A DNA stretch of 35,504 nucleotides from Phoronis australis. Lineage: Eukaryota > Animalia > Phoronida. How positions within the stretch are numbered: the first letter of the stretch is position 1; each line of letters starts with the position of its first letter. The notes under the pieces were generated by a model. The model was given only the letters and a program-made list of their open reading frames with translations. It had not been told where the DNA came from and searched no databases. This document shows positions 10,809 to 23,759 of the stretch, piece by piece. Location of the stretch: positions 905,815 through 941,318 of the forward strand of contig NMRA01000077.1 in the NCBI GenBank assembly GCA_002633005.1, written 5' to 3'. Made by a program: the position numbers and the translations under genes.

Positions 10809-13800
10809 TAGTGAGAACAGCATTTTTCAAAAATTTTAGAAAATGTGCATGTAATATACATCACAAGAAAGCTCTCTACGAGACTGAAAGAACGGTGTAA
10901 AAACTTTTTAAATTGGGCTTACGGTTCCGGAGAAAATGGTGTTTTTGTGTCAAATTTTTTGGTAAAAATTCTGTCAAATCAAATTTGTGAGTTTGAAATA
11001 TAATGGTTACAAATCTACGTAACCTAGACAGACATGTTATACATCATTTCAAAGAAAATTTTATGATGAATAATTTGAAAAAAAGAACATTCCGATTGGA
11101 CATTCCTGTGTGAAGATATTGACCTTAAAGTCAACAAAGTCGACGAAGAAAAGTCTGTATAGTCCGGATACCTATCGTCGTCAGGCTCCAAAGGTCGTCC
11201 GCCATCTTCTTTCGCGTGCAGCGCAGCCACGCGGGACTGAGCGTTCCAATTTGGAGTGCTCGTCTGCACGTTAGGTACTAACCTCTCGGGAGAAACACGC
11301 ATGGAAGAACTGAGACTAAAATTAATGATGCATTTACCGACTGTTTTTTTGAGACCACTTAAAAACTTGTAGCTTTTACTAATGCACTTTTTTGTTCATT
11401 TTCAGAAGATATTTTCGAAATTAAATTTTCTTCAGACGGAACAAAAAGCTACCCAGATATTGTTTATGCAATATATCTATTTGTCCCAGGCACCAACCGA
11501 CACCCGTTAGGCCAAAGGAAAAACGCAGCAGACAAATGGAACACGCTGGGTGCTTAACAGTTTCGGCCCACGCCTTCATTGGTCATCAAAATATTGTGCA
11601 CTTATTTTTTGTTGCAAAACAAAGTACTGAGCTCAACATTTATGTTGAAATTTTTGGTTAAAGGATTTTGAATTTATTTGAAGAAAATTAAAATACTTGA
11701 ATTGAGAGAGAATGGCCACCAATAAAGTAAAACATTGATTTTGTTTCACTATATTGCATTGTTACATACAACACAGCATGACATAATCAAAAATAAAAGA
11801 AGAGATTGAGCAATAAAATGCAAATACAACTTGGATATTTATTTATTTATTTATGATTGCAGAAGCCTGTTAAAGGTGAGAACAAATCAAACAATACGAT
11901 ATTGGGTAATTTATTAGAACAATGTATCAAGGTTCAATGATCAACTTGCACCGACAAAGTCTCAAAGGGTTACAGTTCTGTTTTGGCTGACAAGGCGTTA
12001 ACAGAGAATGAAGAAAAACTGAAAAGAAAAGAAAGACAGCAGAGATAAGTGGTGTTAAGAACAACAAGAGCAAAAAGTCAAATAAAGAGGACACAAATAG
12101 AAAATAAGTAAGGTCTATCTGGAATAAAGCAACTGCGATTTATTTTCCAGAACTGAAATTCTAAATCAATTTTAATAGATTTAAAAATCGATATTATACT
12201 AGTAAAACAGTTTGTGGTTGAAGTAGAATTGCTGTAAGCAACTTTCCACTATTTCCTTGGCCTTTTTCTGTGTGGTTTTCTGTTCTTTCAAAAGGCGGCA
12301 GCATATGACGGCCATAGGAGTCATTATAAAATGGCTGCCGAAAAGCAATGCACAGTTCAACAACTCGGCATAAATAAAAGAAAACTTTTGAATCAACTAA
12401 TACTATGGATTTGTGAGAGTCAAATCAAGTTCTATGCAGAGCATAACTTTGAAGTGGAATAATTGGGTGAGTACGACAACAAGCCGGTTTTATGCTTAGG
12501 CGGACGACCATTGGGTTCCCGAGTATACATACAATTTTGTCGTTTCAAATTGGCATAAAATAACAATTACTCAAGAAAAAAAAATATGTTAGTATCATTT
12601 CAAGATTTTTCATCAGGGAAGTTGAAATCTGATAATTGGTTTGGGCAAATTATTAATATTATTTTGTGACTTTTTTTGTTGACATGCAGTTTGTGACTTA
12701 CTTAACTTTGTCATAATGCATTACTTTAAAAAATTAAAGATAACATCATTTCAAATATGTACTGATGAAAAGTATGATAAACAAAAATTCTAATACAAGC
12801 TTCATACAGTAAATAGAAATTAAACATACTTTCCACAACAATGTAACAAAATGTAGACCTTGTCTTGAGCCATGCAGGAAAGTTCATGCTATGCAAACGA
12901 CAACTGCAATAGTTATTTCCAAAGTTGTCACACATAAAGGTATGTATGATGGGCAGATAAATAAAGTTCTCAAGGAAGGAAGGTCAAACCTTTTCACTGA
13001 TTATTGACAGTGAGTACGTGCAAGTAAATAGACAGTCAGTGGAGTTCCTTACACAGACTTGTGGCCTCCGTCTTCAAGGGGCCAAACCCTTTCACTGACT
13101 ATCGAAAGTCAGTGGAGTGCCTTACAGACTTATGGCATCCTCAAGGAAGGGGGCTGTTAAGTCAGTGGAATACCAATACACAATATGGAGCACTCCAGCA
13201 CTTCGAGGTCCTCTTGACCAAAATCGTCCATCACCCGAAAGGTGCGCACGGCCTCATCTTCGTCGTAGTGGGCATTGAGCCAAACTCACTTGCTGACTGC
13301 AAGTAGAATCGATAGAAGCAGGTAAGAAGAAGGATCTGGACCAAGAGCTAGTCTGATGAGACAGAAATGCGAGACATGATGATATGTATTATAGTAAACT
13401 GACAAATAGGAATGAAATTATAAGAAAAAATGATGAAGATAATAACAACTGGTTTGGTTCACAGCAATTTCTAACAAAGGTTACCTCTAGTGAAAGATAT
13501 AGGCCAGGCTGAGATATATAACATTAATCTAGACGAACCTCTGAATTGTTTTGTAAAAACTATATTCATGGTAAAAAAAATATTGATAGCATGTATAGTT
13601 TTTCATGGTGGTAAACATAAAGTTTTGGTTGAAAACACAGCACTGGAGTAGAAATACACAGTTGTAATATTTGTTTACTCTAAAATTAAAATGTTTTCAT
13701 TTTCTATCTTGACATATGCTGGCTAAACTGTCTTGGCCAGTATGGGTGGTCCTGTCTGGCCACAAGTCAGGTCTTAGTGGCCTGACCTACAAAAATGTGA

Positions 13801-14526
13801 GGCACTATAGGAAAAAAGAACCTTAAATGAGAGAATCATTGTTCTCACAATGAGAAATTACTTTTTGGGTCTCTTTTACATACTTTTCAACAGGAAAAGT
13901 TGAAATGCTTTAGTTTGGGAACCAAAAATTCGCCGCGATTCGAAGGAGCACCCCTAGCGGCAATACCCGGAACTACGAAGTGAGTCAAAAATACGCCTGA
14001 TTGTCAGAAATCGACGAAGGGCCCGTTTGCAACAAGTGTTTGAAATAGTTCATTGATGAACCCTTTAGTGCGCAATACGATTCATTATGTGTGCAAATTA
14101 GGAAATGCACCAATTAATTCAGGTCAAAGTTGAAGGTCGCTGGAACTGGCAACTTTTTCAGCTATTAAGTACACGAAAGTGAAAAATACTTACATAATAA
14201 CGTGCGCAAGGGTTTCTTCTACAAGTTCACGAAGTTTCACGCCAAAATTCGAGAGTTTAGTTTTCTCCCGAGTTGAAAACCAAATACCAGTTGTTTTTAC
14301 CGGCGACCATTTTGCTTTGAAATGTCGGTCACGTCGCTGCAAAAAACTCGTGCAAAGTATTATTTTACGGATTTTGCGACGAAAAGTAATGTCTTATTTC
14401 ATACTTTGAAGTAATTTTTATTCACATTTATTGCATTTTTGAGTGATTTTTTGCTGATTGTAGTGTGCAAATTTTACACAGTGACAGATACGCGAAGCGA
14501 TTTGGTAACGTATGTTGTCCTCGCTA
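10809..14526. mobile_element. 3.7 kb apparently non-autonomous TIR DNA transposon (hAT-like) inserted in gag
   Basis: TIRs TAGTGAGAACAGCAT vs TAGCGAGGACAACAT (reverse complement of right end, 12/15). TTTTTTG duplicated at 10802-10808 and 14527-14533. Removing it restores gag LWKFF-ESQLRVSVNF. Confidence 0.85.
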
Positions 14527-15000
14527 TTTTTTGAGAGTCAGCTCAGGGTATCGGTTAATTTTTGTAACACCGCCTACAACTGATGCAGTATAGGCAAAAA
14601 CCCAATGAAAACCTTGATGACTTTGTAACCCGTGCATGCACATTGGCCCTGAAATGTGATTTTTCTGATGAAGAACTTGGGTGCTGGAAATCATCATAGC
14701 CAGTACCCCATACGATGCCTTCCGCACAGAGTTGTATGGAAAACCTAAGGGTGCCAAACTATCCGACATACTAGTTGATGGTCGGAAGTACGAAGCCATG
14801 AGCGCTGGCAACAATCAATTGCATTAACTGGGCCTTGCCACTGAAAAAGTTCATGGCGTGACCAGAGAAAGCCGAAACCGATCCTGCAGAAACTGCGGGC
14901 TGGACCACTAAACCCAGACAATGTCCAGCCTACTTCGAACGTGTGAGTCATGTGGATTCAAGGAGCACTGGGCAGCTTGCTGTAGGAAAAAACGCAAACA
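14527..15000 (+). pseudogene. gag: Gypsy gag, 3' part with two zinc knuckles
   Basis: HRLQLMQYRQKPNENLDDFVTRA; CRNCGLDH*..QCPA followed by CESCGFKEHWAACC; frameshifts present. Confidence 0.85.
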
Positions 15001-15199
15001 CAACAACAACAGCAACAGCGACGTCATTCTTCCCGCGGACGACGCAGCAAATCGACAACTTGGTCTGATCAGAACCACGACTCGTGCCGGCAGAAGAAGT
15101 CTCACAAAAACATCGATTGTATTGATGACACTGACGACGAGACCTACCAAAAGCATTTCTATTCGGTCACTGTGAGCACTAAATGCCTAGACAGTATGA

Positions 15200-18150
15200 C
15201 ACGAGATGAAGCATACACCACCCTTAACATCAAACCACCCAATATGAACTCCTCAATCAGCCACACACTGAAATTGAAGATAGATTCTGGTGCGTCAGGC
15301 AGCACATGACCACTTCGTACTTTCAGACACATGTATGGCCAGTCTCCAGACATGCTCAAGATCCTGCATCCTGTGCAACACGTAACACTCACCTCATACA
15401 GCGGTGAAACCATCCCATGTCTTGGCCAGATCAACATTGATTGCCAGTACCGTGATTCTACATGGATCCCCGCAACGTTCTATGTTGTGGATGTACCTGG
15501 CCCAGCTGTTGTCGGTCTACCTACTTGTGAGAAACTCAGGCTCATCACAATACATGCCGACAGTATGAAGACGACACACTATTACCAAAGAACAGCTGAA
15601 GAACTCATACCCTGACCAGTTTGATAAAATTGGTAGCTTTGATGGCAAGGCAAAGCTTCTTCTCAATCCGGATGCGGAACCGTTTATCGACCCCCCACTA
15701 AAGATCAGCATCCACCTGCGCGATAAAGTCAGGCAAAAAATTGAAAACCTAATCCAACAGGGTGTGCTACGCAAGGTGGATGAACACACCGACTGGTGCT
15801 CTAGCCTCGTATACGGCACGAAGAAAGATGGGTCACTTCGTGTCTGCATAGACCCCCCAGAAACTTAACAGGATTCTGAAACGCTGTCCACACAAAACAA
15901 CAACCCTGGAAGAGCTGAATCCAGAATTCGCAAACGCAAAGTTCTTCAGCAAACTTGATGCCAAGGCCGGATATTGGTCCGTTCACCTCGATGAACAATC
16001 TCAACTGCTGACAACCTGCCGTATTCCATTTGGCAGAGTATGTTGGACCAGACTTCCATTTGGCCTCAGCGTATCTCAAGACAGGCGAGAATGGACCAAA
16101 TTCTCGAAGGACTCAGTGGTGTTGTCAACATTGCCCACGATGTGGCAGTATTTGGTAAAGACGAAGAAGATCATGATCGCAACTTACGCTGTCTCATGGA
16201 ACGAGCTGCACAAACTGGTCTCGTTTTTAATAGCTCAAAATGCGTAATCAAGCAGCGTAGCATATCCTTCTTTGGCAACCTATACACAGACTCTGGGATA
16301 AAACCTGACCCCTCTAAAATCCGTGACATTCAGCAGATGCCTACACCGCAGAACAAGGAAGACTTACAGCGTTTCCTAGGCATGCTGAATTACCTTTCCC
16401 AATACATCCCCAGATTTGCAGACAAAGCACACACACTACGCAACCTTCTGAAATCTGAAACACCCTGGATGTGGGATGCGTCCTATCAGCAATGCTACGA
16501 TGATCTCAAGCGTCTGGTCAGCACTGATTGCCAACTGTCCTACTACGACCCACAAAAAGCAATATTACTTGAAGTTGACGCATCTCAGAAGGGACTAGGA
16601 GTGGCACTGACTCAAGATGGCAAACCAGTAGCATTTGGGTCCAAAACGCTCACCGACTGTCAGTCTCGATATTCCAACATCGAGCGCGAAATGTTAGCCA
16701 TATTGTATGGCATACAGAGGTATCACACCTACTTGTACGGCACTTCATTCCTCGTGATAACTGACCATAAGCCGCTTGTCAGTATATGTTCGAAACCACT
16801 CCACTCAGCTCCACCACGGTTGCAACGAATGCTACTAAAGATACAAGGATACAACTTCCAGGTAGTCTACAGACCAGGTAGCCAGATGACTCTAGCCGAT
16901 ACCCTGAGTAGACTACCAAGCCCTGAAAATAGTGCGACAATCGAGTTAGATGAACGCATTGATGGTGTCAATCTCAACCTCGATGATCCTCTGATCATTG
17001 ACATGGCCATCATTAACTTCTCTGACCACAAGAGAGAGAGACTTAGAGTGGAAACCACCCAAGACTCTACGCTGAACCTGATCTAGGAGATTGTCTATCA
17101 AGGATGGCCTGAGACCATAAAAGACTTACCTGAGCAGGCACGTCCCCACTGGCCTTCAGGGACGAACTAGCTGTCGAAGCCGGAATCCTGTTCAAAGGAC
17201 GACAAGTTCTGATACCTGAACAGATGAAAGACGACATCTTACGGCAACTCCGTGAAGGGCACCAAGGCGTCGAGAAGACCCGACGGTTTGCCCGAGAAAG
17301 CGTATACTGGATAAATATCAATGCAGACATTGAGCGACTATGCAAGTCGTGCCCACTTTGCCAGGAGATGCCAAGATGCCAATCCACAACAACCACTCAA
17401 CCTCCATGATATACCTTCCAGACCATGGCAGTTAATCGCATCTGACCTATTCGAGATTGATGGCAGACAATTCTTGCCGACCGTTGACAGATATTCGAAA
17501 TACCCTGTAGTTGACGAAATGAAAACGTCAGTGACCAGTCATGCTGTAACCACAAAGATTAGAGACTACTGCTCTCTGTTTGCAAAACCAAACGAAATTA
17601 TGACTGACAACGGACCACAATACACTGGTCCAGCTTTCAAAGCATTTGTCACCTCTTGGGACATCAAGCATGTCACCAGCTCACCTCACTACTCCCGCAG
17701 CAATGGCTTCATCGAACGCCATGTAAGACACATTAAGTCTCTTGTGAAGAAGTGCTTACGACAAAAGTCTGATATCGCCTTAGCAATGCTTCAGCACAGA
17801 GCCACTCCGATTGACGCAAAACTTCCATCACCAGCAGAATTGCTATTTGGCCGAACAGTAGTCACGACTCTACCGAGCCGCTCTGAACCTGGTGAGGATG
17901 TACATCGCAGAAGATTGGATGAACGAGCTACAAACATAAAGGACCATCATGACAAACAATGCTTTAAACAAACGCTTCCAAGTTTGTTTCGTGGTCAGCA
18001 TGTTAGAATCTTCGACAAAGAAACCAAGACTTGACGCCCGGGTACCATCGTATACCAAGATGAGAATTCGGACAGTTATATCGTCAAAACCCCAAATGGC
18101 ACTATCCTTCGCCGCAACAGACATCATTTGCGAGACATGATGCCGAAACG
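15200..18150 (+). pseudogene. pol: Gypsy pol: protease, RT, RNase H, integrase (disrupted)
   Basis: KLKIDSGASG (~15270); RT with NIAHD in place of xADD (ORF 16040-17086); RNase H EVDASQKGLG, YSNIEREML, TDHKPL; integrase GHQGVEK..CKSCPLC, ASDLF, TDNGPQ, SNGFIER. Multiple stops and frameshifts. Confidence 0.95.
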
Positions 18151-18406
18151 TGTTCATTTCAGCGACGACACGCCTACTCACTCAACATCTACTGCCACAT
18201 CAGAGGACTCTCGCAGTATACCAGCAGTAGCTAAACCAGAGTCCATCATCAGGAGATCTGAGTGAAAGACTTCAAGACCATCTCGCTACAAGGATTTTGT
18301 TTAAATATTAGGACACTAGCTTACTAAGATATCATATGCGTAATCATACTTACTTACTTAGCACCATTGATCATTACGTTATAACCGTATTGTAACCGCA
18401 TTTACT

Positions 18407-18418
18407 AAAGAGGGGGGA
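18407..18418 (+). other. Polypurine tract
   Basis: AAAGAGGGGGGA directly before the 3' LTR. Confidence 0.85.
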
Positions 18419-18556
18419 TGTTGTAGTATCGTATTACTATGTAGCGTAGTCATATATTGCTGTGAATGAAGTAGTTCTCTCAGTACTTAGTCTTCAAATA
18501 TAAACCTACTGTTCTAAACCTTCATTATCGCCTCTAACCGGCCAGATAATACTTCA
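18419..18556 (+). repeat. Gypsy 3' LTR (138 bp)
   Basis: TGTTGTAGTATCG...TACTTCA followed by ACACA. Confidence 0.95.
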
Positions 18557-19359
18557 ACACAGGTCACCACTCAGATTCCCTTAGCCCCAGACAACTTTTA
18601 TGATTCCTTTTCAGCTTGCCCATTGTATTGATCTGAGCTAATGAAGTGGAAAGGTAATAGCTAACACTACTGTGTCAAATGGGCATTTGTACAGAGTTAC
18701 AGCCTGAATCTGTGGAGAGCAGTTTTAACTTGGAACATTTTAAATATTACGAAATGGCTAAAAAAAATTAGTTTGTTTTTATCTGCACAAAAAGACACTT
18801 CCCAATGAAACGATGGTTTTAAAAATGTTTCGTACCGGTTTTCATTATTCATTTTTAATACTCCTGTCTACTTGTTTTTTTTCTTACCGGGTACGAATCC
18901 ATGGTGGTGCCCTCTTCTTGCAAAAGTAGCTTGCCATATACCGAAAGGGGACTTTGGTTGCACATATAGTTAGTACTGTAATGCACGTAACCATGTTGAA
19001 AAATGGATCACTCAGCATATTGCCAAATTCCCATCAGAAAACTGTTGTTGAGAAAAAATAAGTTCCTATTGGTTTTGTGCTTGTTTTTTCACAGTAACAT
19101 TATCGCGCTCTTGCAAAAACTCTTCCGAAATAATTAAACTTCAGTGAAACCAGACAGACGATATCGAAACCGTATGCAAGACTTGGCGTATAAGATGTGT
19201 CCTTGATTTCTTATCTTGCCAGTGGTTGGTTCTCATTATGTAACATTTGAAATATTGACCTCTAGAAAATAACGAAACAAAAAGCATTATTTTCGTGTAG
19301 TTGATTCTTTTCCGTTTGGTCATCATTCTGTACAACCGAACACGTGTAAAATGAACTCC

Positions 19360-19467
19360 ATGGAAACACCTGAGAAAAAGAAGAAAACGTAGTGGGCAAA
19401 TAGATTTAAACCAAGTTGGGAAAGTTAGTTTAGATTTGTAAAACCTTGTCCTAAAGGTGATAAATAG
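19360..19467 (+). pseudogene. Possible N-terminal remnant of a hAT-type transposase
   Basis: METPEKKKKT*WANRFKPSWES*FRFVKPCPKGDK* resembles the F...W...F.(F/W) motif preceding hAT N-terminal zinc fingers. Short and weak. Confidence 0.35.
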
Positions 19468-20622
19468 AGAATCTTACATGAGTCTCCGGTTTATGGCATG
19501 AGTAAAACCTCTTGGAAATTTTATCAAAATCCCCTTGCCCATGTCATTAACCTTAGATGACTGTAGGATTTATTTTCTCAGATGAACTGTAAAAACTATC
19601 GTTTTTGTTAAAAACGTGTCTGAAACTTTCAACCGCATGACCCAACTTTTGTAAAATCATGCTTGCACAATGTAAACTCGTTTTTTTGTTAATAGTCTCA
19701 TTTTGAACGTAACAATAAATTGCATTCAGCCTTCGTAATAGATGTGCAAGTTAGAACCTAATAAATAGTCTTTAAAGTTGTAACATTAAAAGTGAACAAA
19801 TGTTTATTAATAGCAGTCAGCAGGGCTTCTGGCACGTGAGCACTGAATTGACACTGAGAGAGCACAGCTAGACAGCCTCACTCACCGCGTTTCTTCATTT
19901 GGGGCTCGTCTCTGAATGAATGTGGATATGTAGTTCGCCGCCGAAGATACGTCTGTTTAAGTTGTTTGCATGTCATTCAAACCAGGAGTATGTACAGTTG
20001 CGACACCCAATTTGTCAATCATAACCCTGTGACTCTCATGGAATTCTGGCATTGTTTGGATGGCACGCGTTTGGTTGTTGGTATTAGTGTTTTGCAGGCA
20101 ATAAAGTGTAAGGCGTATGGATTTCTACTTTGTGATTTGCCCTTGTAATATCATAAAAATTATGTACTCGGTGTTATTTACCAGTCGTGTCGTAACACAT
20201 TGTATTTCATGTGAGAAACATTTACCGCTCTGACTTTTCAATTAACAGCAGCTGGTAAGCCTATACTTTTGACATTGCATGCCATAGTGAAAAACTAAAA
20301 AGCATGTCAGGAATTAGCCTTGGTACAAAGCTGTAATTTGACGAAAGTCTTCATACAGCTACTGAGCTAGCTGGGTTGCTAGTCAGGAACTCATGGACGA
20401 TGACGCGTGCTTCAAAAGTTACCCCGTCTTCTGCTACAAATAGGCAAATCTTACGCTACATAGGCGTATTTATGGGGGGGCCAGGGGTCCGGGTCCTCCC
20501 CCTTAGCTTGCTGCAAAAAAAAATAAAACAGTAAGAGCGTAGGGAAATGTTGAGTTTATTAGTTAACCCCAGTAATTAAAATTATACAGATGAAATCAGA
20601 TTTAAATGTGTGCAGTTTTAGT

Positions 20623-20698
20623 NNNNNNNNNNNNNNNNNNNNNNNNNNNNNNNNNNNNNNNNNNNNNNNNNNNNNNNNNNNNNNNNNNNNNNNNNNNN
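20623..20698. other. Assembly gap (76 N)
   Basis: Run of N; single N also at 23221 and 28524. Confidence 0.99.
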
Positions 20699-21720
20699 TT
20701 TTTTAAAGAAAATGGAACCTGAGTGACGATGAAAAAACAGAAGCTGCTGGTAAGATGTGAATTTTAATCGAAGCCTTAGTGAATCACTCAGAAACTCGCA
20801 ACACTCTCTTTGTCAAACCTTATCTTAAGACGATTTCCAAAGCAAAGCAATCCCGTCATTATTGCCAACAAGAAAAACGAATGTGGTCTTTTGGGCATTT
20901 GAAGACTATTTTAAATACAACAAATTTGTTAAGAATCGATGGCACAAAACATGTAATAAGCATACAAAAAGAAGTAGGTTTCGCGCGCAAACGCCGTGGA
21001 CCATAAACAAGTAGTTAAATCGTAGTGGTGTAGTGGTAACGCACGCGCGCGCTGTGCACCAGGTCTTGAGTTAGAGTCAGTGTTACTCGTTTTTCGTGTT
21101 TTTTTGCCCTTTTTTTCTTGGATAATACTTCAGGAATCAAGGAAAATGCTTGATTTTTAGAGGTAAAACCAGAAAAATTTCCCCCCATTCGGTGCTATGC
21201 GCATCTACAATGGTGGTTCAGTTTGCGCAAATACTTTCAGCCGGACAAAATGTTGGCCCCCCCTTGTGATATCCTAGATCCGCCACTGCGCTAGCATTAG
21301 ATTTGCATACAAGTGGGTGAGAAAGCGTTCACCGTTTACCTCAGGGTATCCATCAAAATCCTCAGCACATCAAAGGCTTGATTGTGCCGTCACAGATTAC
21401 AGGGAGCTACTTGCTGTTCATGAGCTTGGCTGAATGCGCTGGATGAGATAATTGCGGTCGTAAACCAACATGCCAGTGTAGTGTACGAGTTTCAAAGTCA
21501 CAAGCCGAACATTAAGTTAGGCAAAAAAACCAACATTACTGTTTTTTAAAATTGAAAAGTAAATATTAACCGTGTTTGAATTTTTTAAATCTAAGCATTA
21601 TAAGAGAAATTAGCTATGCGACAAGCATTAATTTGTCAATCGATTCTTACGAATTAGTCACAGTCTGGCTAAGGCTTTAAAGTAGGCCAAAACAAAACCC
21701 CAAATGCTAACGTAGCAATT

Positions 21721-22000
21721 GTCTGATGAAGCATCCAAAGACAATACAGTCTGATGAAGCATCCAAAGACAATACAGTCTGATGAAACATCCATAGACAA
21801 TACAGTCTGATGAAACATCTAAAGACAATACAGACTGATGAAACATCCAAAGACAATACAGTCTGATGAAACATCCAAAGACAATACAGACTGATGAAAC
21901 ATCCAAAGACAATACAGACTGATGAAACATCCAAAGACAATACAGTCTGATGAAGCATCCAAAGGCAATACAGTCTGATGAAGCATCCAAAGGCAATACA
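21721..22000. repeat. 28-bp minisatellite, 10 copies
   Basis: Unit GTCTGATGAA(G/A)CATCCAAAGACAATACA, head to tail with no spacers. Confidence 0.97.
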
Positions 22001-22721
22001 GGCCGAGGTTTTATAAAGTTTTATGTTTTCATCTGCAAAATGAGTTTGTATATTTCCACAAATAGGGACCTTGAATTGAAGGAGATTGCTCCATTATGCT
22101 TCATTTTTTTCCCAAAATTTCCCAGACCCCTTAGCCTCCTGGATTTTTGTGTCAACATGTCTCTTGTTTCAGGTTTTTTGTTTTGCAAGGATTGTTTTTG
22201 ATTTGGTCTATATCATCTTGAACTTTACCATCATGGTTCTAACACCTACAAAGATACTGAGTGGTCATCACTACAATGATGCTGTTAAATGCCACTATAA
22301 AGCAATAAGCCATACTGGAGACTGCGATTTTTCATTTGTTGCTTCTGAAAGGAGAGATTGAACCTTTTGACTGAAATGTTTTGTTACACAGAAACGGGAG
22401 TTACAGCCTGGAAAAATGATTTGTATGAGTTTAGTAACACTGTTTAATTCTGCCCATATTTCCACCTGTCTAATGCCTCCAGACATTTCCTCTCTGCCGG
22501 ACCACCTCGTCTTTTTGCTTACGGAAAATACTGCAGTCTGTAATTTATCGACTCTTTGTGAAATGCATTCATTCTTGTGACGTGTCAAAATGACTTATCA
22601 GGTGTGGATCAAGATGTTCTCCATGGCTTTCACGCCCCTTGCATTAAGGTGTCATTGACAGATTGTTTTCTGGTCCTGGTCCTGGATTCCTTCAAAACCA
22701 TCACTGTTTACCTTATTTCAG

Positions 22722-22872
22722 GTATTATGGCTGTGGCCTGTGTATACCACAGTGCCTCGAGGGTATGACTGTTCTTGACCTTGGAAGCGGCTGTGGACAC
22801 GACTGCTTCGCTATCAGCAAACTGGTTGGTGAATACGGTCACGTGACTGGAGTTGACATGACAGAAGAACAG
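22722..22872 (+). CDS. AS3MT: Arsenite methyltransferase-like, coding exon 2 (151 nt; Cys61 and SAM-binding motif I)
   Basis: TTTCAG| then YYGCGLCIPQCLEGMTVLDLGSGCGHDCFAISKLVGEYGHVTGVDMTEEQ |GTTTGG. Confidence 0.95.
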
Positions 22873-23759
22873 GTTTGGCATCTTTGGATTCTGATGGCGT
22901 TAAGATGTTAAAAAAATATTCAGTACTTTTTGTCTGGGAAAACACAAACTGTGGTAATTTAGCAAAAACTAACTTTTGATTTAGACCACTTGACATGGAT
23001 CAACTGTAGCGAGAAGTAGTATTTTCTGGATTATGTTTACAGCCATGTTAGGTAATTAACTATCATTTACTAATTGTTCAGTTAGTCAAGTTAGTTAACA
23101 TCAAATAGAATTCAAGTAAACTTGCATAAAGTGACATTGCTTCAAGACTCACTTACTGGTTGGAATAATATTATGCTCATGGATCTATACAATGTCATGT
23201 AGGACTCATTCTTCTCCCATNTGTCCCATATACCGGTATGTGAAAGTAGGTGTTACGGTAATATAAACAAAAAGAACCACTTTTTCAGTTATCCTGATCT
23301 AAATTAATATCTATTTACATATTTACAAACATGATAACAAGTTACACGAAACTTGGGATGAAGACAGGGTCGAACGTCAGCTCCAACAGTCCAAAACTTG
23401 AAACTTGCGGCATCTTCAGTCTTCATCACCAAGGCGTCCTCACGTGTTCCCTTGACTCCATAAGTCCACCAAAATAATGCAGTCAAGTTCCATACACAAG
23501 ACGCTGCTGTCTGCACCGTAGCAAAGGCTCACCACACAAACAAGTAACGTTCAGTATTTTGAAGGTATGAAGAAAACATAAAGTCCAGCCTCAGTGTTCA
23601 GATAGATCATGACACACGTATGCTCATGACCATCGGCGACCAACTAGAACTCCTCGATAAAACTCAAAACTGCCCCCTAGCGGGAATACCTAACAGTGGG
23701 GATGTTGTATATATCATGGTGTTAACTGTGAAATACGCAAAAGTAAAGCCAACCATAAA

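Larger units (their letters stand above)
9997..18556 (+). mobile_element. Full-length degenerate Ty3/Gypsy LTR retrotransposon (Mag-like by inference) in AS3MT intron 1
   Basis: Two TG...CA LTRs, ACACA 5-bp TSD (9992-9996 / 18557-18561), PBS, PPT, and gag-PR-RT-RH-IN domain order. Confidence 0.95.

Noticed and set aside
13140-13330. Possible Cys-rich transposase tail on the minus strand inside the 3.7-kb insertion
   Set aside because: Needs several frameshifts and the Cys spacing is unconvincing.
13351-13375. CTGATGA-GACA-GAAA hammerhead-like string
   Set aside because: No helix II and no valid helix III or cleavage triplet.
21020-21082. tRNA-like A and B box sequence
   Set aside because: B box is degenerate and there is no cloverleaf; at most an old SINE fragment.
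21658-21996. Repetitive Cys-rich ORFs on the minus strand
   Set aside because: Translation artefacts of the 28-bp repeat.
21721-22000. CRISPR-like 28-bp repeats
   Set aside because: No unique spacers, no cas genes, eukaryotic intron context; a plain minisatellite.
21721-22000. CTGATGA and GAAAC words in the unit suggesting tandem hammerheads
   Set aside because: The two words overlap, and no helix II or III can be formed between adjacent units.
23052-23198. Candidate for the missing AS3MT exon (AG...AT|GT)
   Set aside because: In-frame stop, wrong length and phase, no similarity to AS3MT.
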